From NCBI GenBank assembly GCA_965262585.1, contig OZ253546.1:136653-200652 (forward strand): 64,000 nt of DNA, given 5' to 3'. The notes below the pieces were generated by a model that saw only the letters and a program-made list of their open reading frames with translations, was not told where the DNA came from and made no database searches. The position numbers and the translations under genes are program-made. Positions 49,773 through 62,099 of this stretch are shown here, one piece after another. The stretch's first letter is position 1; every line of letters starts with the position of its first letter. This DNA is from Candidatus Poriferihabitaceae bacterium (GTDB lineage: Bacteria > Pseudomonadota > Gammaproteobacteria > Arenicellales > Poriferihabitantaceae).

Positions 49773-49898
49773 TATGAGAAGATTTGGTTCATTTATGAGA
49801 AGATTTGGTTCATTTATGAGAAGAAACCATTCATTTATGAGAAGAAACCGTTCATTTATGAGAAGATTCAGAACATTCATGAGAAGAATCAGTTCATT
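49773..49898. repeat. 21-bp tandem repeat x6 (TATGAGAAGA-N6-TTCATT) upstream of the giant surface-protein gene.
   Basis: Copies start at 49773, 49794, 49815, 49836, 49857 and 49878. A conserved 15-bp core surrounds a variable 6-bp centre, and a partial 7th copy follows. Confidence 0.9.
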
Positions 49899-49948
49899 CA
49901 TAAAAGGAAATTCCAGTATCCCCCACCCCCCATATAGCAAATTTAACA

Positions 49949-49976
49949 TTGCGATATATTGAATTGTTTGTATAAT
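49949..49976 (+). promoter_or_regulatory. Putative sigma70 promoter of the giant gene.
   Basis: -35 TTGCGA at 49949-49954, 16-bp spacer, perfect -10 TATAAT at 49971-49976, about 42 nt upstream of the ATG at 50018. Confidence 0.4.
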
Positions 49977-50017
49977 ACGCCGTTGCCTCATCCGTCAAAA
50001 CATCACACCACCGGACA

Positions 50018-53000
50018 ATGCCAATGATGAACTCTATCCCTTCCCCTCGCTTTGGGGCTTCGCTGTTGCTGGTTATCAGTCTCCTTTTTGGGCTGTCCTC
50101 GCAAGTTGCTGCACAGGCAACAGCAGACACACCCGTCATAACTGCTACTAGCATAAACGCTACTAGCGGGGCATCTCTAGCCCATATACAGTTCGGTAAT
50201 ACTTTTGGTAACGCTGTATCTCTAAATGACATTTTTACCGGAACCGCTAGAGCAGGCAGTGGTATTACCATAGCCAGTTTGACATTTTCTCCTAATCGTG
50301 CGACTGACCCAACAGCAAGACTTGATTGCAATGGAGCAATCTTCTTTTCTACAGGAGCAAGTGGTTTTGGTGATACAAATATCTCAATAGATGCCATCAT
50401 TAACAACCCCGGAACCAGCAGTTTTTCAGCCGGTGATACACTCAATTTGGGGATTACCATAAATACTAGTCAACAGCCTAAGGGTACTACACCAACTTTT
50501 TGTGAACCCGTTGACCCAACCCTTTTTATAACCACTTGGCGGACTACCGGGAGTAACGAATCCATTACCATTCCCACCACTGGTACTGGTTATAACTACA
50601 CCGTTGATTGGGGCGATAGCACGGCGGACACCGACCACACCGGCCCCGCCAGCCATACCTTCGCCACGCCGGCCTCGTATACGGTGCGCATCAGTGGTGA
50701 TTTTCCGCGGATTCATTTTAATAATAATGCACCCGATAGAAACAAAATCAGAGCCGTCAATCAATGGGGCGATCAAGTATGGACTTCCATGGAAAGTGCT
50801 TTTCGGGGCGCGGGCAGTCTCGCTGGGCAAGCAACCGATGAACCTGATTTAAGTATGGTTACCAATATGGCGAATATGTTTCGTGGTGCCGGTGTTTTTA
50901 ATCAGGATATTGGTGATTGGGATGTGAGTAATGTTACCAATATGACGAATATGTTTAACACTGCCGCTGCTTTTAATCAGGATATTGGTAGTTGGAATGT
51001 GAGTAACGTTACCAATATGACGAATATGTTTAACACTGCCTCTTCTTTTGATCAGGATATTGGTAGTTGGAATGTGAGTAACGTTACCGATATGAGCAGT
51101 ATATTTGAGGATAACAGTGCCTTTAATCAGGATATTGGTAGTTGGAATGTGAGTAACGTTACCAATATGAGTCTAATGTTTCGCAATAACAGTGTCTTTA
51201 ATCAGGACATTAGTAGTTGGAATGTGAGTAATGTTACCAATATGCGTGGAATGTTTGCTGATGCCACTGCCTTTGATCAGGATATTGGTGAGTGGGATGT
51301 GAGTGGAATTACCACTATGAATCAAATGTTTAGTAGTGCCAGTTCCTTTGATCAGGATATTGGTGAGTGGGATGTGAGTAATGTTACCAATATGAATAGT
51401 ATGTTTAGTACTGCCAGTTCCTTTGATCAGGATGTTGGTGATTGGAATGTGAGTAAGGTTGGCAATTTTGGTAGTATGTTCGCATCCGCTACGCTTTCCA
51501 CGGCTAACTACGATTCGTTATTGCAGGGTTGGTCTACCATCGACACCGCCGCCGGCGAAACGGCATTACAATCCGGCGTTGCTTTCCATGGCGGTAGTTC
51601 CGAATATTGCGCCGGTACCGCCGCCAGAAATATTTTGATTGGTGCGCCGAATAACTGGACCATTGACGCCGATAACACCGGTGGCGGAAGAGCCACCGAT
51701 TGCTCAGCCGTTGCTACTTTGAGCGCGCTATCGCTGTCGACCGGGGGTTTGAATGAAACTTTTGCGCCGGCCACTCTCACCTATACTACATCGGTTCGAA
51801 GTATCGTCGCCGACACCACAATCACGGCAACCGCCGATAACAATGCCACCGTCGCAATCACCGGCACTAATGCAAGTGGCGCGGCATTAGCCGTAAGCGG
51901 CACCACCGTTACGGGATTCACCGAAGGCGCAAACATCATCACCGTTGCCGCAATCTCGCAAGATAACACCGTCACAGCACCCTACACCATCACCGTTACA
52001 CAAGCCGCACCGCCCGACCCAGGCGATTTTGTTACCACATGGCGAGTTGGGGCATCGGAGTTTATCAACTTTTCTACCTTTTTCGGGGAAACCTATAACT
52101 TCAATGTTGATTGGGGTGATGGCACGGCTATGTCCACCAACCAAAGCGCCCTTGTCTCCCATACCTACACCGAGGCAGGCGATTATGAAGTGCGTGTCAG
52201 CGGCACTTTTCCGCGGATGTATATTAATAATAATACCGCCGTGAGAAACAAAATCATCTCCATCGATCAATGGGGTACTCAACAATGGACTTCCATGGGC
52301 AATGCTTTTTTCGGCGCACAAAATCTCGCCGTGCGGGCAACCGATGTTCCTGATTTAAGTAATGTTACCGATGTGACGAGTATGTTTGAAGATGCCGTTG
52401 CGTTGAACCCAGCCACTGCCGGTGCGTTGAACCAAGCCTTTGCTGATTGGGATGTCAGTAATGTTACCAATATGTCTCGCATGTTTTATAATGCCAATGC
52501 GTTTGACCAAGACATTGGTGATTGGAATGTCGGTAGTGTTACCAATATGTCGGAGATGTTTAGTTTGTGTAACTTTAATCAGGATATTGGTGATTGGGAT
52601 GTCAGTAAGGTTAGCAATATGTCGGAGATGTTTAGTAATAACTTTGGCTTTAATCAGGCTATTGGTGATTGGGATGTCAGTAGTGTTGCCAATATGTCGA
52701 ATATGTTTCTTGGCACTCCCTTTGATCAAGATATTGGTGATTGGAATGTGAGTAACGTTACCAATATGTCGAATATGTTTGGAAGTGCCAATTCCTTTAA
52801 TCAGGATATTGGTGATTGGGATGTGAGTAAGGTTAGCAATATGTCGAGTGCGTTTCATACTGCCCAGACGTTTAATCAGGACCTTAGTGATTGGGATGTC
52901 AGTAGTGTTACCAATATGAGTGGAATGTTTAGAAATGCCGATGCCTTTGATCAGGACCTTAGTGATTGGGATGTGGGTAGTGTTACCAATCTGACGAATA

Positions 53001-56000
53001 TGTTTACCAGCATTACGCTTTCCACTGCCAACTACGATTCGCTGTTGCAGGGTTGGTCTACCATCGACACCGCCGGCGGCGAAACGGCATTACAATCCGG
53101 CGTTACTTTCGATGTCGGCAGTTCCGAATATTGCGCCGGTACCCCCGGCAGAAATATTTTGACTGACGACACCGGCAATAACTGGACCGTTAACGATGGC
53201 GGACGAACCACCGGTTGCTCAGCCGATGCTACTTTGAGTGCGCTATCGCTGTCGTCCGGGGGTTTGAATGAAACCTTTGCGGCGGCCACGCGCGCCTATA
53301 CTACCTCGGTTCGCAGTACCGTCGCCGCCACCACAATCACGGCAACCAATGACAATGCCGTCGTCGACATCACCGGCACTGATACCAGTGGCGCGGCATT
53401 AGCCGTAAGCGGCACCACCGTTACGGGATTCACCGAAGGCGCAAACATCATCACTATTGCCCTAACTTCGCGAGATAACACCGCCACAGCAACCTACACC
53501 ATCACCATTACACAAGTCGCACCGCCTAGCCCAGACGATTTTATTACCACATGGCAAGTTGGGCCATCGGATCTGGATATCACTATTCCCACCACCGGCG
53601 ATGGTTATAACTATTCCGTTGATTGGGGCGATGGCACGACTATATCCACCGCCCAAACTGGCGATGCCACCCATACCTACGCCAGAGCAGACGAAGGTTA
53701 TGAAGTGCGTATCAGCGGCACTTTCCCGCGGATTTATTTTAATAATACTTCAGTCGATAGAACCAAAATCATCGCCATCGATCAATGGGGTAATCAAGCA
53801 TGGACTTCCATGTCAAGTGCTTTTAACGGTGCATCAAATCTCGCCGGGCAGGCAAGCGATGTTCCCAATTTAAGTAGTGTTACCAATATGTCGAATATGT
53901 TTGCTAATGCTTCTGTCTTTAATCAGAATATTGGCGATTGGGATGTGAGTAACGTTACCAATATGTCGGGTATGTTTAACACTGCTTCTGTCTTTAATCA
54001 GAATATTGGCGATTGGAATGTGAGTAACGTTACCAATATGTCGAATATGTTTGCCAATGCCAGTGTCTTTAATCAGGATGTTGGTGATTGGAATGTGAGT
54101 AGTGTTACCAATATGGCGGGTATGTTTGCTGGCACTGCCTTTAATCAGGATATTGGTGATTGGAATGTGGGTAAGGTTACCAATATGGTTAGTATGTTTG
54201 CTAGTGCCATTGCTTTTAATCAGGATATTGGTGATTGGGATGTGAGTAGTGTTACCGATATGAGTGGTTTGTTTAATATTGCCAATACCTTTAATCAGGA
54301 TATTGGTGATTGGGATGTGAGTAATGTTACCAATATGAACTCTATGTTTAGGGGTCGCACTTCTAGTGCTTCCATTGCCTTTGACCAAGACCTTGGTGAT
54401 TGGGATGTGGGTAAGGTTACCGATCTGGACCGCATGTTTTTCGGTGCTAGGCTTTCCCCGGCCAACTACGATTCGCTGTTGCAGGGTTGGTCTACCATAG
54501 AGTTCGGAGAATCGGCGCTACAAGCGGGCCGTACTTTCGATGTCGGCAATTCCCAATATTGCGCCGGTACCGCCGCCAGAAATACTTTGACTGCCAACCC
54601 CGGCAGTAACTGGACCGTTAACGATAGCGGAAGAGTCGCCGGTTGCTCAAACGATGCCAGTTTAAGCGCCCTGTCGCTGTCGCCCGGTACTTTGAATCCC
54701 GTTTTTGCTGCCGCTACTACGGCATATACTGCATCTATTGCCAATACCGCAAGTAGCATCACAATCACGGCACCCACCACCAATGAAAATGCCACTGTCA
54801 ACATCGCCGGCACTAGTGAAAATGGCACCGCATTAACCGTAAATGGCGGAGTGGTTTCAGGCTTAAGCACCGGCGTAAACATCATCACCCTTGACATAGT
54901 CTCACAAGATAACACCGCCACAGCAGGAACCTACACTTTCACCGTTACTCGAGCCTCGGTTGCATCCACAACGGATTTTGTTACCACTTGGCGAGTTGAT
55001 GCGGCGGATTTGGGCATCACTATTCCGACCTTTAGCGGGGTGACCTACGACTACGCTGTTGATTGGGGCGATAACATGTCGGACAGCGGCCAAACCGGCG
55101 ACGCCACCCATACCTACACCGATGCAGGGGATTACACGGTGCGCATCAGCGGCATTTTTCCACGGATTTATATTAATACTGCAGGCGATAGACTGAAAAT
55201 CATCGCCATCAATCAATGGGGTGATCAACAATGGACTACGATGGCTCGGGCTTTTGCCGGCACCAGAAATCTTGTCGGGCTGGCAAGCGATGTTCCTGAT
55301 TTAAGTAATGTTACCGATATGCTTAGAATGTTTGCCGGTGCCTCTTCCTTTAATCAGGCTATTGGTGATTGGGATGTGAGTAATGTTACCAATATGGGTG
55401 CTATGTTTACTGGTACCGGGTTTAATCAGGACATTGGTGATTGGGATGTGAGTTCGGTTACCAGTATGAACAGCATGTTTGCTCGTGCCCTTGCCTTTAA
55501 TCAGGATATTGGTAGATGGGATGTGAGTTCGGTTACCAATATGAACGCCATGTTTGATCGTGCCCCTGCCTTTAATCAGGATATTGGTAGATGGGATGTG
55601 AGTTCGGTTACCGATATGGGTTTGATGTTTCAAAGTGCTAATGCCTTTAACCAAGACATTGGTGATTGGGATGTGATTTCGGTTACCAATATGAACTCAA
55701 CGTTTCGCAATACCGCTGCATTTGATCAGGACCTGGGTGATTGGGATATGAGTTCGGCTACCGGTCTCTTCAACATGTTTGTGGGCATTACGCTTTCCGT
55801 GGAAAACTACGATTCGCTGTTGCGGGGTTGGGCTACGATAGATAGCGATGAAAGCCCGCTACTACCCGACCGTACCTTCGTTGCCGGCAATTCCATGTAC
55901 TGCGGCGGTACCGCCGGCAGAAATATTTTGTCGGCAACCGACGGCAATAACTGGGATGTTAGAGATGGCGGACAAACCACCGGTTGCTCAAACGATGGCA

Positions 56001-58918
56001 GTTTGAGTGCCCTGTCGCTGTCGCCCGGTAGTTTGAACCCGGCTTTTGATGCCGCTACTACTTCATATACTGTAGACACTACCACCGACAGCATCACCAT
56101 CGTGGCAACCACCGATAGTGGCGCCGATGTCGACATCACCGGCACTAATTCCAATGGAGTTGCACTAACCGAAACCGACCGAGTGGTTTCAGGCATAACC
56201 ATCGGCATAAATACCATGACCATGGTCATAACCTCACAAGATAATACCGCCGTAACAACCTACGCTTTCACTATTACTCGAGGTGCTGAACCATCCACCG
56301 ATGATTTTGTTACCACATGGCGAGTTGATGCGGCGGATCTGGGCATCACTATTCCCACCTTTACCGGGGCGACCTACGACTACGCTGTTGATTGGGGCGA
56401 TAGCATGTTGGACACCGGCCAAAACGGCGACGTTAGCCATACCTACACCGATGCAGGGGATTACACGGTGCGCATCAGCGGCATTTTTCCACGGATTTAT
56501 TTTAATAATGCAGATGGAGATAATAAAAGTAAAATCATCGCTATCAATCAATGGGGCGATCAAGAATGGACTTCGATGAATCGGGCTTTCACCGGCGCCT
56601 CAAATCTTGTCGGGCTGGCAAGCGATGTTCCTGATTTAAGTAATGTTATCGATATGAATGGGATGTTTGCCGATGCCTCTGCCTTTAATCAGGACATTGG
56701 TGGTTGGGATGTAAGTAATGTTATCGATATGGATTTGTTATTTTCTGAAGCCCTGAGTTTTAATCAGGATATTAGTGGGTGGGATGTGAGTAACGTTACC
56801 GGTATGCTTGGGATGTTTTCCGAGACTCCATTTAATCAGAATATTGGTGGTTGGGATGTGAGTAATGTTACCGATATGAGCAGTATGTTTATTGATAACC
56901 TGATCTTTAATCAGGATATTAGGCGTTGGGATGTGAGTAATGTTACCGATATGAGCAGTATGTTTAATGATGCTGCTGCCTTTAATCAGGATGTTGGTGA
57001 TTGGGATGTGAGTAGTGTTACCAATATGACCGACATGTTTAGAAACGCTACGCTTTCTACGAACAACTACGATTTGCTGTTGCAGGGTTGGTCTGCTTTG
57101 ACGCTACAAAGCGGTATTACCTTCAGTGGCGGCAATTCCACCTATTGCGCCACCGCCGCCAGAACTGCTTTGACTAGTGCGCCGAATAACTGGACCATTA
57201 CTGATGGCGACGTAAGCAACACTTGCAACATCGCCAGTTTGACTGGCTTGTCGTTGTCGCCCGGAACATTGACGCCAATTTTTGACAGCAGCATCACCAG
57301 TTACACCGCCGAAGTTACCACCGACAGCATCACAATCATCGCAACCCCCGGCAATGGCAGCGTCGCAATCACCGGCACCGATGCAGATAGCATGGCACTA
57401 ACCGTAAATGGCGAAGTGGTTTCAGGCTTAACCATAGACGAGAACATCATCACCGTTACCGTAACCGCACTAATCGGCGGCGCTACTCAGTCCTACGAAA
57501 TCACCGTTACTCGAGCCGGACTGACTCTCGCTGCAATAGCCGATCAACAAGCCGTAAATGAAGTCATCTTGCCGGAGACCGCCATTGCCATAGTGGGCGG
57601 CATAGTTACGGCAATCAGCGATAGAGTTTCCAATGCCGCTTCGACCAGCCAAGTCGGCGGTTTCCAATTCGGCGGCGGCAATTCCTTGCACAGCATTTTG
57701 GTCAACGGCGGGCGGGATGTACAAAACGATTCCTTGGATTGGAAAAAAATGATGGGTAATTCCTCATTCACAATGCCGCTTAATGCCCTTGACGGCGGCG
57801 GCACAGTCGGCAATACCACGGTTTGGGGTAACGGAAGTTACACCAACCTCTCCGGCGGCAGTTCCGACCAGGTGGAATGGGATGGCGATGTAAGCGGAAT
57901 TACTTTAGGTGTAGACACCAAAGTCAGCCCCGGTTTATTGCTCGGATTATCGGTTTCACAATTTGACGGTTCCTTTGATTTCACCAACAACAACACCACC
58001 AGCGGCGAAAACCAAAAAGGCACTCACGAAACCGACCTGACCAGCATTAATCCGTATCTAAATTGGCAGTCCGGTAACTTTGATTTATGGGCGACTGTGG
58101 GGTATGGAAGCGGTGAAGTTGAATATGACCCGGACGAGGTTGGTGTTGCGACTAACACCGAAGATGCCGATCTAAAAATGCTCGCCTTCGGACTTAACCA
58201 CACCATAATCCCCGCCGCCGCCGACGCCATGAAAATCCGCCTCAAAAGCGAAGTATCCACCGGGCAATTTGAAGTCCACGGCGTAGGCGGAACCGATGTA
58301 AGCGTATCCCGCCTACGACTGGCCATCGAAGGCAGCAAAGAACACCAAGACGAAACCGGCAATAGATTAGCCTCATCCATTGAATTGGGAGTGAGGCATG
58401 ACGGCGGAGACGGCGAAAACACCGGCGCCGGATTAGAACTAGGCGGCACCCTGAAGTACACCAACCACAAAGGCCTCCGCTTGGAAGGCCGAGGCCACTG
58501 GCTGGCGGCACACTCCGAAAATGTAGACGAATGGGGCGTGTCTGGTTTAATAGGAATCGGCGACGGCATCGCCTCCAAATCCGGTGGATTGTCGTTCAGT
58601 TTATCCACCGGCTGGGGTGCACAATCTGGTGGAAACCTATGGAACGGTGATATATCCAACCTATCCCCCACCGAAACCCAAGACACCACCTTCATGGCAA
58701 CCGAACTAAGTTACGGCATGCCCACCCCCTCCGGCCGTGGCTTAATAACCCCCTACACCCGCCTAAAAACCACCACCAACGGCACAACCCACCACCACCT
58801 AGGCGCCCGCTGGACCCTAAACACAACCGCTACTTTGAACTTGGAAGCCGGACATGAGATCAAAGCGGATGGTGGGGTAGATAACACGATAAAACTAACT
58901 GGCGAGTTGGCTTTATAA
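50018..58918 (+). CDS. Giant (2966-aa) surface protein: signal peptide, five tandem BspA/DUF285-type LRR plus cadherin-like beta-sandwich modules, and an autotransporter-like C-terminal beta domain.
   Basis: Signal peptide [34 protein letters not shown]. Five modules begin near 50515, 52021, 53531, 54970 and 56298. Each has TTWR..ITIPT..YNY.VDWGD...HTY..Y.VRISG.FPRI, then 5-8 copies of the 26-aa repeat [16 protein letters not shown], then [11 protein letters not shown], then LSALSLS.G.LNP.F...YT...ITVTR. The C-terminal ~465 aa has alternating beta-strand-like patterns ([12 protein letters not shown]...GITLGVD...). Confidence 0.85.
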   Translation: MPMMNSIPSPRFGASLLLVISLLFGLSSQVAAQATADTPVITATSINATSGASLAHIQFGNTFGNAVSLNDIFTGTARAGSGITIASLTFSPNRATDPTARLDCNGAIFFSTGASGFGDTNISIDAIINNPGTSSFSAGDTLNLGITINTSQQPKGTTPTFCEPVDPTLFITTWRTTGSNESITIPTTGTGYNYTVDWGDSTADTDHTGPASHTFATPASYTVRISGDFPRIHFNNNAPDRNKIRAVNQWGDQVWTSMESAFRGAGSLAGQATDEPDLSMVTNMANMFRGAGVFNQDIGDWDVSNVTNMTNMFNTAAAFNQDIGSWNVSNVTNMTNMFNTASSFDQDIGSWNVSNVTDMSSIFEDNSAFNQDIGSWNVSNVTNMSLMFRNNSVFNQDISSWNVSNVTNMRGMFADATAFDQDIGEWDVSGITTMNQMFSSASSFDQDIGEWDVSNVTNMNSMFSTASSFDQDVGDWNVSKVGNFGSMFASATLSTANYDSLLQGWSTIDTAAGETALQSGVAFHGGSSEYCAGTAARNILIGAPNNWTIDADNTGGGRATDCSAVATLSALSLSTGGLNETFAPATLTYTTSVRSIVADTTITATADNNATVAITGTNASGAALAVSGTTVTGFTEGANIITVAAISQDNTVTAPYTITVTQAAPPDPGDFVTTWRVGASEFINFSTFFGETYNFNVDWGDGTAMSTNQSALVSHTYTEAGDYEVRVSGTFPRMYINNNTAVRNKIISIDQWGTQQWTSMGNAFFGAQNLAVRATDVPDLSNVTDVTSMFEDAVALNPATAGALNQAFADWDVSNVTNMSRMFYNANAFDQDIGDWNVGSVTNMSEMFSLCNFNQDIGDWDVSKVSNMSEMFSNNFGFNQAIGDWDVSSVANMSNMFLGTPFDQDIGDWNVSNVTNMSNMFGSANSFNQDIGDWDVSKVSNMSSAFHTAQTFNQDLSDWDVSSVTNMSGMFRNADAFDQDLSDWDVGSVTNLTNMFTSITLSTANYDSLLQGWSTIDTAGGETALQSGVTFDVGSSEYCAGTPGRNILTDDTGNNWTVNDGGRTTGCSADATLSALSLSSGGLNETFAAATRAYTTSVRSTVAATTITATNDNAVVDITGTDTSGAALAVSGTTVTGFTEGANIITIALTSRDNTATATYTITITQVAPPSPDDFITTWQVGPSDLDITIPTTGDGYNYSVDWGDGTTISTAQTGDATHTYARADEGYEVRISGTFPRIYFNNTSVDRTKIIAIDQWGNQAWTSMSSAFNGASNLAGQASDVPNLSSVTNMSNMFANASVFNQNIGDWDVSNVTNMSGMFNTASVFNQNIGDWNVSNVTNMSNMFANASVFNQDVGDWNVSSVTNMAGMFAGTAFNQDIGDWNVGKVTNMVSMFASAIAFNQDIGDWDVSSVTDMSGLFNIANTFNQDIGDWDVSNVTNMNSMFRGRTSSASIAFDQDLGDWDVGKVTDLDRMFFGARLSPANYDSLLQGWSTIEFGESALQAGRTFDVGNSQYCAGTAARNTLTANPGSNWTVNDSGRVAGCSNDASLSALSLSPGTLNPVFAAATTAYTASIANTASSITITAPTTNENATVNIAGTSENGTALTVNGGVVSGLSTGVNIITLDIVSQDNTATAGTYTFTVTRASVASTTDFVTTWRVDAADLGITIPTFSGVTYDYAVDWGDNMSDSGQTGDATHTYTDAGDYTVRISGIFPRIYINTAGDRLKIIAINQWGDQQWTTMARAFAGTRNLVGLASDVPDLSNVTDMLRMFAGASSFNQAIGDWDVSNVTNMGAMFTGTGFNQDIGDWDVSSVTSMNSMFARALAFNQDIGRWDVSSVTNMNAMFDRAPAFNQDIGRWDVSSVTDMGLMFQSANAFNQDIGDWDVISVTNMNSTFRNTAAFDQDLGDWDMSSATGLFNMFVGITLSVENYDSLLRGWATIDSDESPLLPDRTFVAGNSMYCGGTAGRNILSATDGNNWDVRDGGQTTGCSNDGSLSALSLSPGSLNPAFDAATTSYTVDTTTDSITIVATTDSGADVDITGTNSNGVALTETDRVVSGITIGINTMTMVITSQDNTAVTTYAFTITRGAEPSTDDFVTTWRVDAADLGITIPTFTGATYDYAVDWGDSMLDTGQNGDVSHTYTDAGDYTVRISGIFPRIYFNNADGDNKSKIIAINQWGDQEWTSMNRAFTGASNLVGLASDVPDLSNVIDMNGMFADASAFNQDIGGWDVSNVIDMDLLFSEALSFNQDISGWDVSNVTGMLGMFSETPFNQNIGGWDVSNVTDMSSMFIDNLIFNQDIRRWDVSNVTDMSSMFNDAAAFNQDVGDWDVSSVTNMTDMFRNATLSTNNYDLLLQGWSALTLQSGITFSGGNSTYCATAARTALTSAPNNWTITDGDVSNTCNIASLTGLSLSPGTLTPIFDSSITSYTAEVTTDSITIIATPGNGSVAITGTDADSMALTVNGEVVSGLTIDENIITVTVTALIGGATQSYEITVTRAGLTLAAIADQQAVNEVILPETAIAIVGGIVTAISDRVSNAASTSQVGGFQFGGGNSLHSILVNGGRDVQNDSLDWKKMMGNSSFTMPLNALDGGGTVGNTTVWGNGSYTNLSGGSSDQVEWDGDVSGITLGVDTKVSPGLLLGLSVSQFDGSFDFTNNNTTSGENQKGTHETDLTSINPYLNWQSGNFDLWATVGYGSGEVEYDPDEVGVATNTEDADLKMLAFGLNHTIIPAAADAMKIRLKSEVSTGQFEVHGVGGTDVSVSRLRLAIEGSKEHQDETGNRLASSIELGVRHDGGDGENTGAGLELGGTLKYTNHKGLRLEGRGHWLAAHSENVDEWGVSGLIGIGDGIASKSGGLSFSLSTGWGAQSGGNLWNGDISNLSPTETQDTTFMATELSYGMPTPSGRGLITPYTRLKTTTNGTTHHHLGARWTLNTTATLNLEAGHEIKADGGVDNTIKLTGELAL

Positions 58919-60628
58919 GGACGGCTAACGCCGCACCGCCGTCATTCTCGTGCCGCCAACTCGTTATTCCCGCGACAGCGGGAATGACGAGTTGGGGGAC
59001 ACGGGAATCCAGTACAACATGTAAGGAGCGGCTGGCGCCGGATTGTTTAACTGGATTCCCGATACGATGAAAAATATAGTCGCTGGCGCTCCTTATTTTT
59101 CTATCGTTCGGGAATGACGCACTTTTGATATTCCTCGTTTGCGGATAAGGACTCCCAGACTCGTCATTCTCGTGCCGCCAAGTCGTTATTCCTGCGACAG
59201 CAGGAATGACGACTTGGGGGACACGGGAATCCAGTAAAACATGCCGGCGAATGCCGACTCCTTATGCCGTTATTCCCGCGCAACTGGAATCCAGTACAAC
59301 ATGTAAGGAGCGGCTGGCGCCGGATTGTTTAACTGGATTCCCGATACGATGAAAAATATGGTCGCTGGCGCTCCCTATTTTTCTATCGTTCGAGAATGAC
59401 GGCCTTGCGATAGCCGACTCCCTACGCCGTTATTCCCGCGACAGCGGGAATCCAGTACAACATGTCCCGCGAGATCCGACTCATTATTACCCTTCTGGAT
59501 TCCCGATACGATGAAAAATATAGTCGCTACCGCTCCTTATTTTTCTATCGTTCGAGAATGACGACCTTGCGATAGCCGACTCCCCAGGGCCGTCATTCTC
59601 GTGCCGCCAAGTCGTTATTCCTGCGACAGCAGGAATAACGAGTTGGGGGACACGGGAATCCAGTAAAACATGCCGGCGATAGCCGACTCCCTACGCCGTT
59701 ATTCCCGCGAAAGCGGGAATCCAGTACAACATGTGCGGCGAGATCCGACTCCTTATTACCCTTCTGGATTCCCGATACGATGAAAAATATAGTCGCTGCC
59801 GCTCCTTATTTTTCTATCGTTCGAGAATGACGACAGGCCGCCGTCATTCTCGTGCCCCAACTCGTTATTTCCGCGACAGCGGGAATAACGAGTTGGGGAC
59901 ACGGGAATCCAGTAAAACATGCCGGCGAATGCCGACTCCTTACGCCGTTATTCCCGCGACAGCGGGAATCCAGTACAACATGTCCTGCGACAGCCGACTC
60001 ATTATTAGCCTTCTGGATTCCCGATACGATGAAAAATATAGTCGCTACCGCTCCTTATTTTTCTATCGTTCGAGAATGACGACCTTGCGATAGCCGACTC
60101 CCCAGGGCCGTCATTCTCGTGCCCCCAAGTCGTTATTCACGCGACAGCGGGAATAACGACTTGGGGGACACGGGAATCCAGTTAAACATGCCGGCGAATG
60201 CCGACTCCCTACGCCGTTATTCCCGCGAAAGCGGGAATCCAGTACAACATGTAAGGAGCGGCTGGCGCCGGATTGTTTAACTGGATTCCCGATACGATGA
60301 AAAATATAGTCGCTGGCGCTCCTTATTTTTCTATCGTTCGGGAATGACGACGTACCGCCGTCATTCTCGTGCCGCCAAGTCGTTATTCACGCGACAGCGG
60401 GAATAACGACTTGGGGGACACGGGAATCCAGTAAAACATGCCGGCGAATGCCGACTCCCTACGCCGTTATTCCCGCGGCAGCGGGAATCCAGTACAACAT
60501 GCCCTGCGACAGCCGACTCCTTATTACCCTTCTGGATTCCCGATACGATGAAAAATATGGTCGCTGGCGCTCCCTATTTTTCTATCGTTCGAGAATGACG
60601 AACTTGCGACAGCCGACTCCTTATTTGG
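58915..60628 (+). repeat. Mosaic hairpin-repeat array R11 (largest; about 7 A-units).
   Basis: Alternating B-, C-, A- and D-units with ATTCCC-N8-GGGAAT cores. It spans from the giant gene stop to the ccmA upstream region. Confidence 0.9.
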
Positions 60629-60740
60629 GTTGAGTACCGAGGGGGAAAGCCATACACTTTGCTTTTTTCTGGTTACTTTTAGGTTACAAGGTCAGTTGCT
60701 CGGTATTTCCAAAACTAGTTTACCTTCGGGCCTTGAATGT

Positions 60741-61349
60741 GTGGGCTTGGAATGCGTGCGTGGGCGGCGGTCGCTTTTTCGGGGGGTGCGTTTTCGGGTG
60801 GGTGCCGGGGAGATGCTGCAAATTCGTGGCGAGAATGGTGCGGGAAAAACTTCGTTGATTCGGTTGTTGTGCGGCTTGAGCCTGCCTGAATCTGGGGAAG
60901 TGCGGTGGGGCGGCGTGCCTATCTTGAAAAATCGTCCGGATTATTACCGCGCTCTCGCCTACCTCGGCCACCGCACCGCGCTCAACGGGGATCTAACGCC
61001 GCCGGAAAACCTCATCGCCACGCACGCCTTGAGTGGCCGCGCCGCTACCTTTTCGGTACACGAAGCGTTGCAGAAACTAGGGCTGGATGATTGCATTCAC
61101 CTGCCCTGCGGGGTGCTTTCCGCCGGTCAGAGTCGGCGCGTGGCTCTCGCCGGAATGTTGTTGCGTCCCGGCGGCATCTGGATTCTCGATGAACCGGCCG
61201 GCGCGTTGGATGAATCCGCGTTGTGTTTGCTGGAACAAATGCTCGGCGATCAGATTGCGGCGGGCGGTATGGTGATTTTCACTAGCCATCGGGAACTATC
61301 GCCGCGTGGAGTGCGCGCCCAAGAAATCAACCTAGCGCAATTTCAATGA
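60741..61349 (+). CDS. ccmA: Cytochrome c biogenesis heme exporter ATP-binding protein CcmA.
   Basis: Walker A GENGAGKTS, signature LSAGQSRRVALA, Walker B ILDEP. No ATG is available. Start guessed at GTG 60741 (alternatives TTG 60747, GTG 60756). Confidence 0.85.
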   Translation: MGLECVRGRRSLFRGVRFRVGAGEMLQIRGENGAGKTSLIRLLCGLSLPESGEVRWGGVPILKNRPDYYRALAYLGHRTALNGDLTPPENLIATHALSGRAATFSVHEALQKLGLDDCIHLPCGVLSAGQSRRVALAGMLLRPGGIWILDEPAGALDESALCLLEQMLGDQIAAGGMVIFTSHRELSPRGVRAQEINLAQFQ

Positions 61350-62035
61350 ACGCGCCAACCACCCCATTGTCGAGCACCTTTGTCGCGCTGTTGCGCCGCG
61401 ACCTTGCGGTTGCCTGTCGGCGGCGTGGCGAGTTGCTGCATCCGTTGCTGTTTTTTGTGATTACCGTGTCGCTGTTTCCGTTGGCGTTAAATCCCGACCC
61501 GGTTTTTCTCGGAAAAATCGCCCCGGCGGTGTTGTGGGTGGCGGCGTTGCTGGCGACTCTGCTTGCCCTGCCCGGCGTGTTCACGAGCGATTATGAAGAC
61601 GGCTCATTGGAACAACTGCTCATCAGCCCGCATCCGCCCACGCTGCTGGTGTCCGCCAAGATGCTGGTGCATTGGCTGGTCACCGGCGTGCCGCTGATTA
61701 TTATCTCGCCACTGCTGGCTGAAATGTTATACCTGCCCCGCCACGCATTGCCGGATTTGTTGTGGAGCCTGCTGCTGGGCACTCCGGCGCTGAGTCTGGT
61801 GGGTGCCATCGGTGCCGCCCTGACTCTGGCGGCACGGCGAAGCGGGGTATTGCTGGCGTTGCTGGTTCTGCCTTTGTATGTGCCGGTGCTGTTGTTCGGT
61901 GCGGGTGCGGTGCGCGCGGCGACCATCGGCGTTGACCCCACCGCACCATTGCTATTGCTGGGAGCGATGTCGCTACTGGCCCTCGCCTTGACACCCCTCA
62001 CCGTGGTGGCGGCATTGCGTGCCGGGTTGAACTGA
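61346..62035 (+). CDS. ccmB: Heme exporter permease CcmB.
   Basis: Six-TM protein beginning FVALLRRDLAVACRRRGELLHPLLFF. ATGA overlap with ccmA. Confidence 0.9.
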   Translation: MNAPTTPLSSTFVALLRRDLAVACRRRGELLHPLLFFVITVSLFPLALNPDPVFLGKIAPAVLWVAALLATLLALPGVFTSDYEDGSLEQLLISPHPPTLLVSAKMLVHWLVTGVPLIIISPLLAEMLYLPRHALPDLLWSLLLGTPALSLVGAIGAALTLAARRSGVLLALLVLPLYVPVLLFGAGAVRAATIGVDPTAPLLLLGAMSLLALALTPLTVVAALRAGLN

Positions 62036-62099
62036 TTGGCAACCGAAACACCTTCCGAATAAAGTAAAATACAATCTCCAAGCGGTTCTCAAATCTGTT

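Noticed and set aside
49920-49931. C-tract CCCCCACCCCCC upstream of the giant gene, considered as a slipped-strand phase-variation switch.
   Set aside because: The tract is interrupted and each run is only 5-6 nt, which is shorter than typical phase-variable homopolymers. It also lies outside the -35/-10 spacer of the promoter I propose.
49774-49962. A 62-aa ORF with heptad repeats MRRFGSF MRRFGSF MRRNHSF MRRNRSF MRRFRTF MRRISSF, considered as a possible repeat-core peptide precursor.
   Set aside because: It is produced by the 21-bp DNA tandem repeat. It uses AGA-AGA arginine codons that look atypical for this genome, has no convincing Shine-Dalgarno, and the opposite strand gives an equally long repeat ORF. 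I keep it as a DNA-level repeat. Ribo-seq would settle it.
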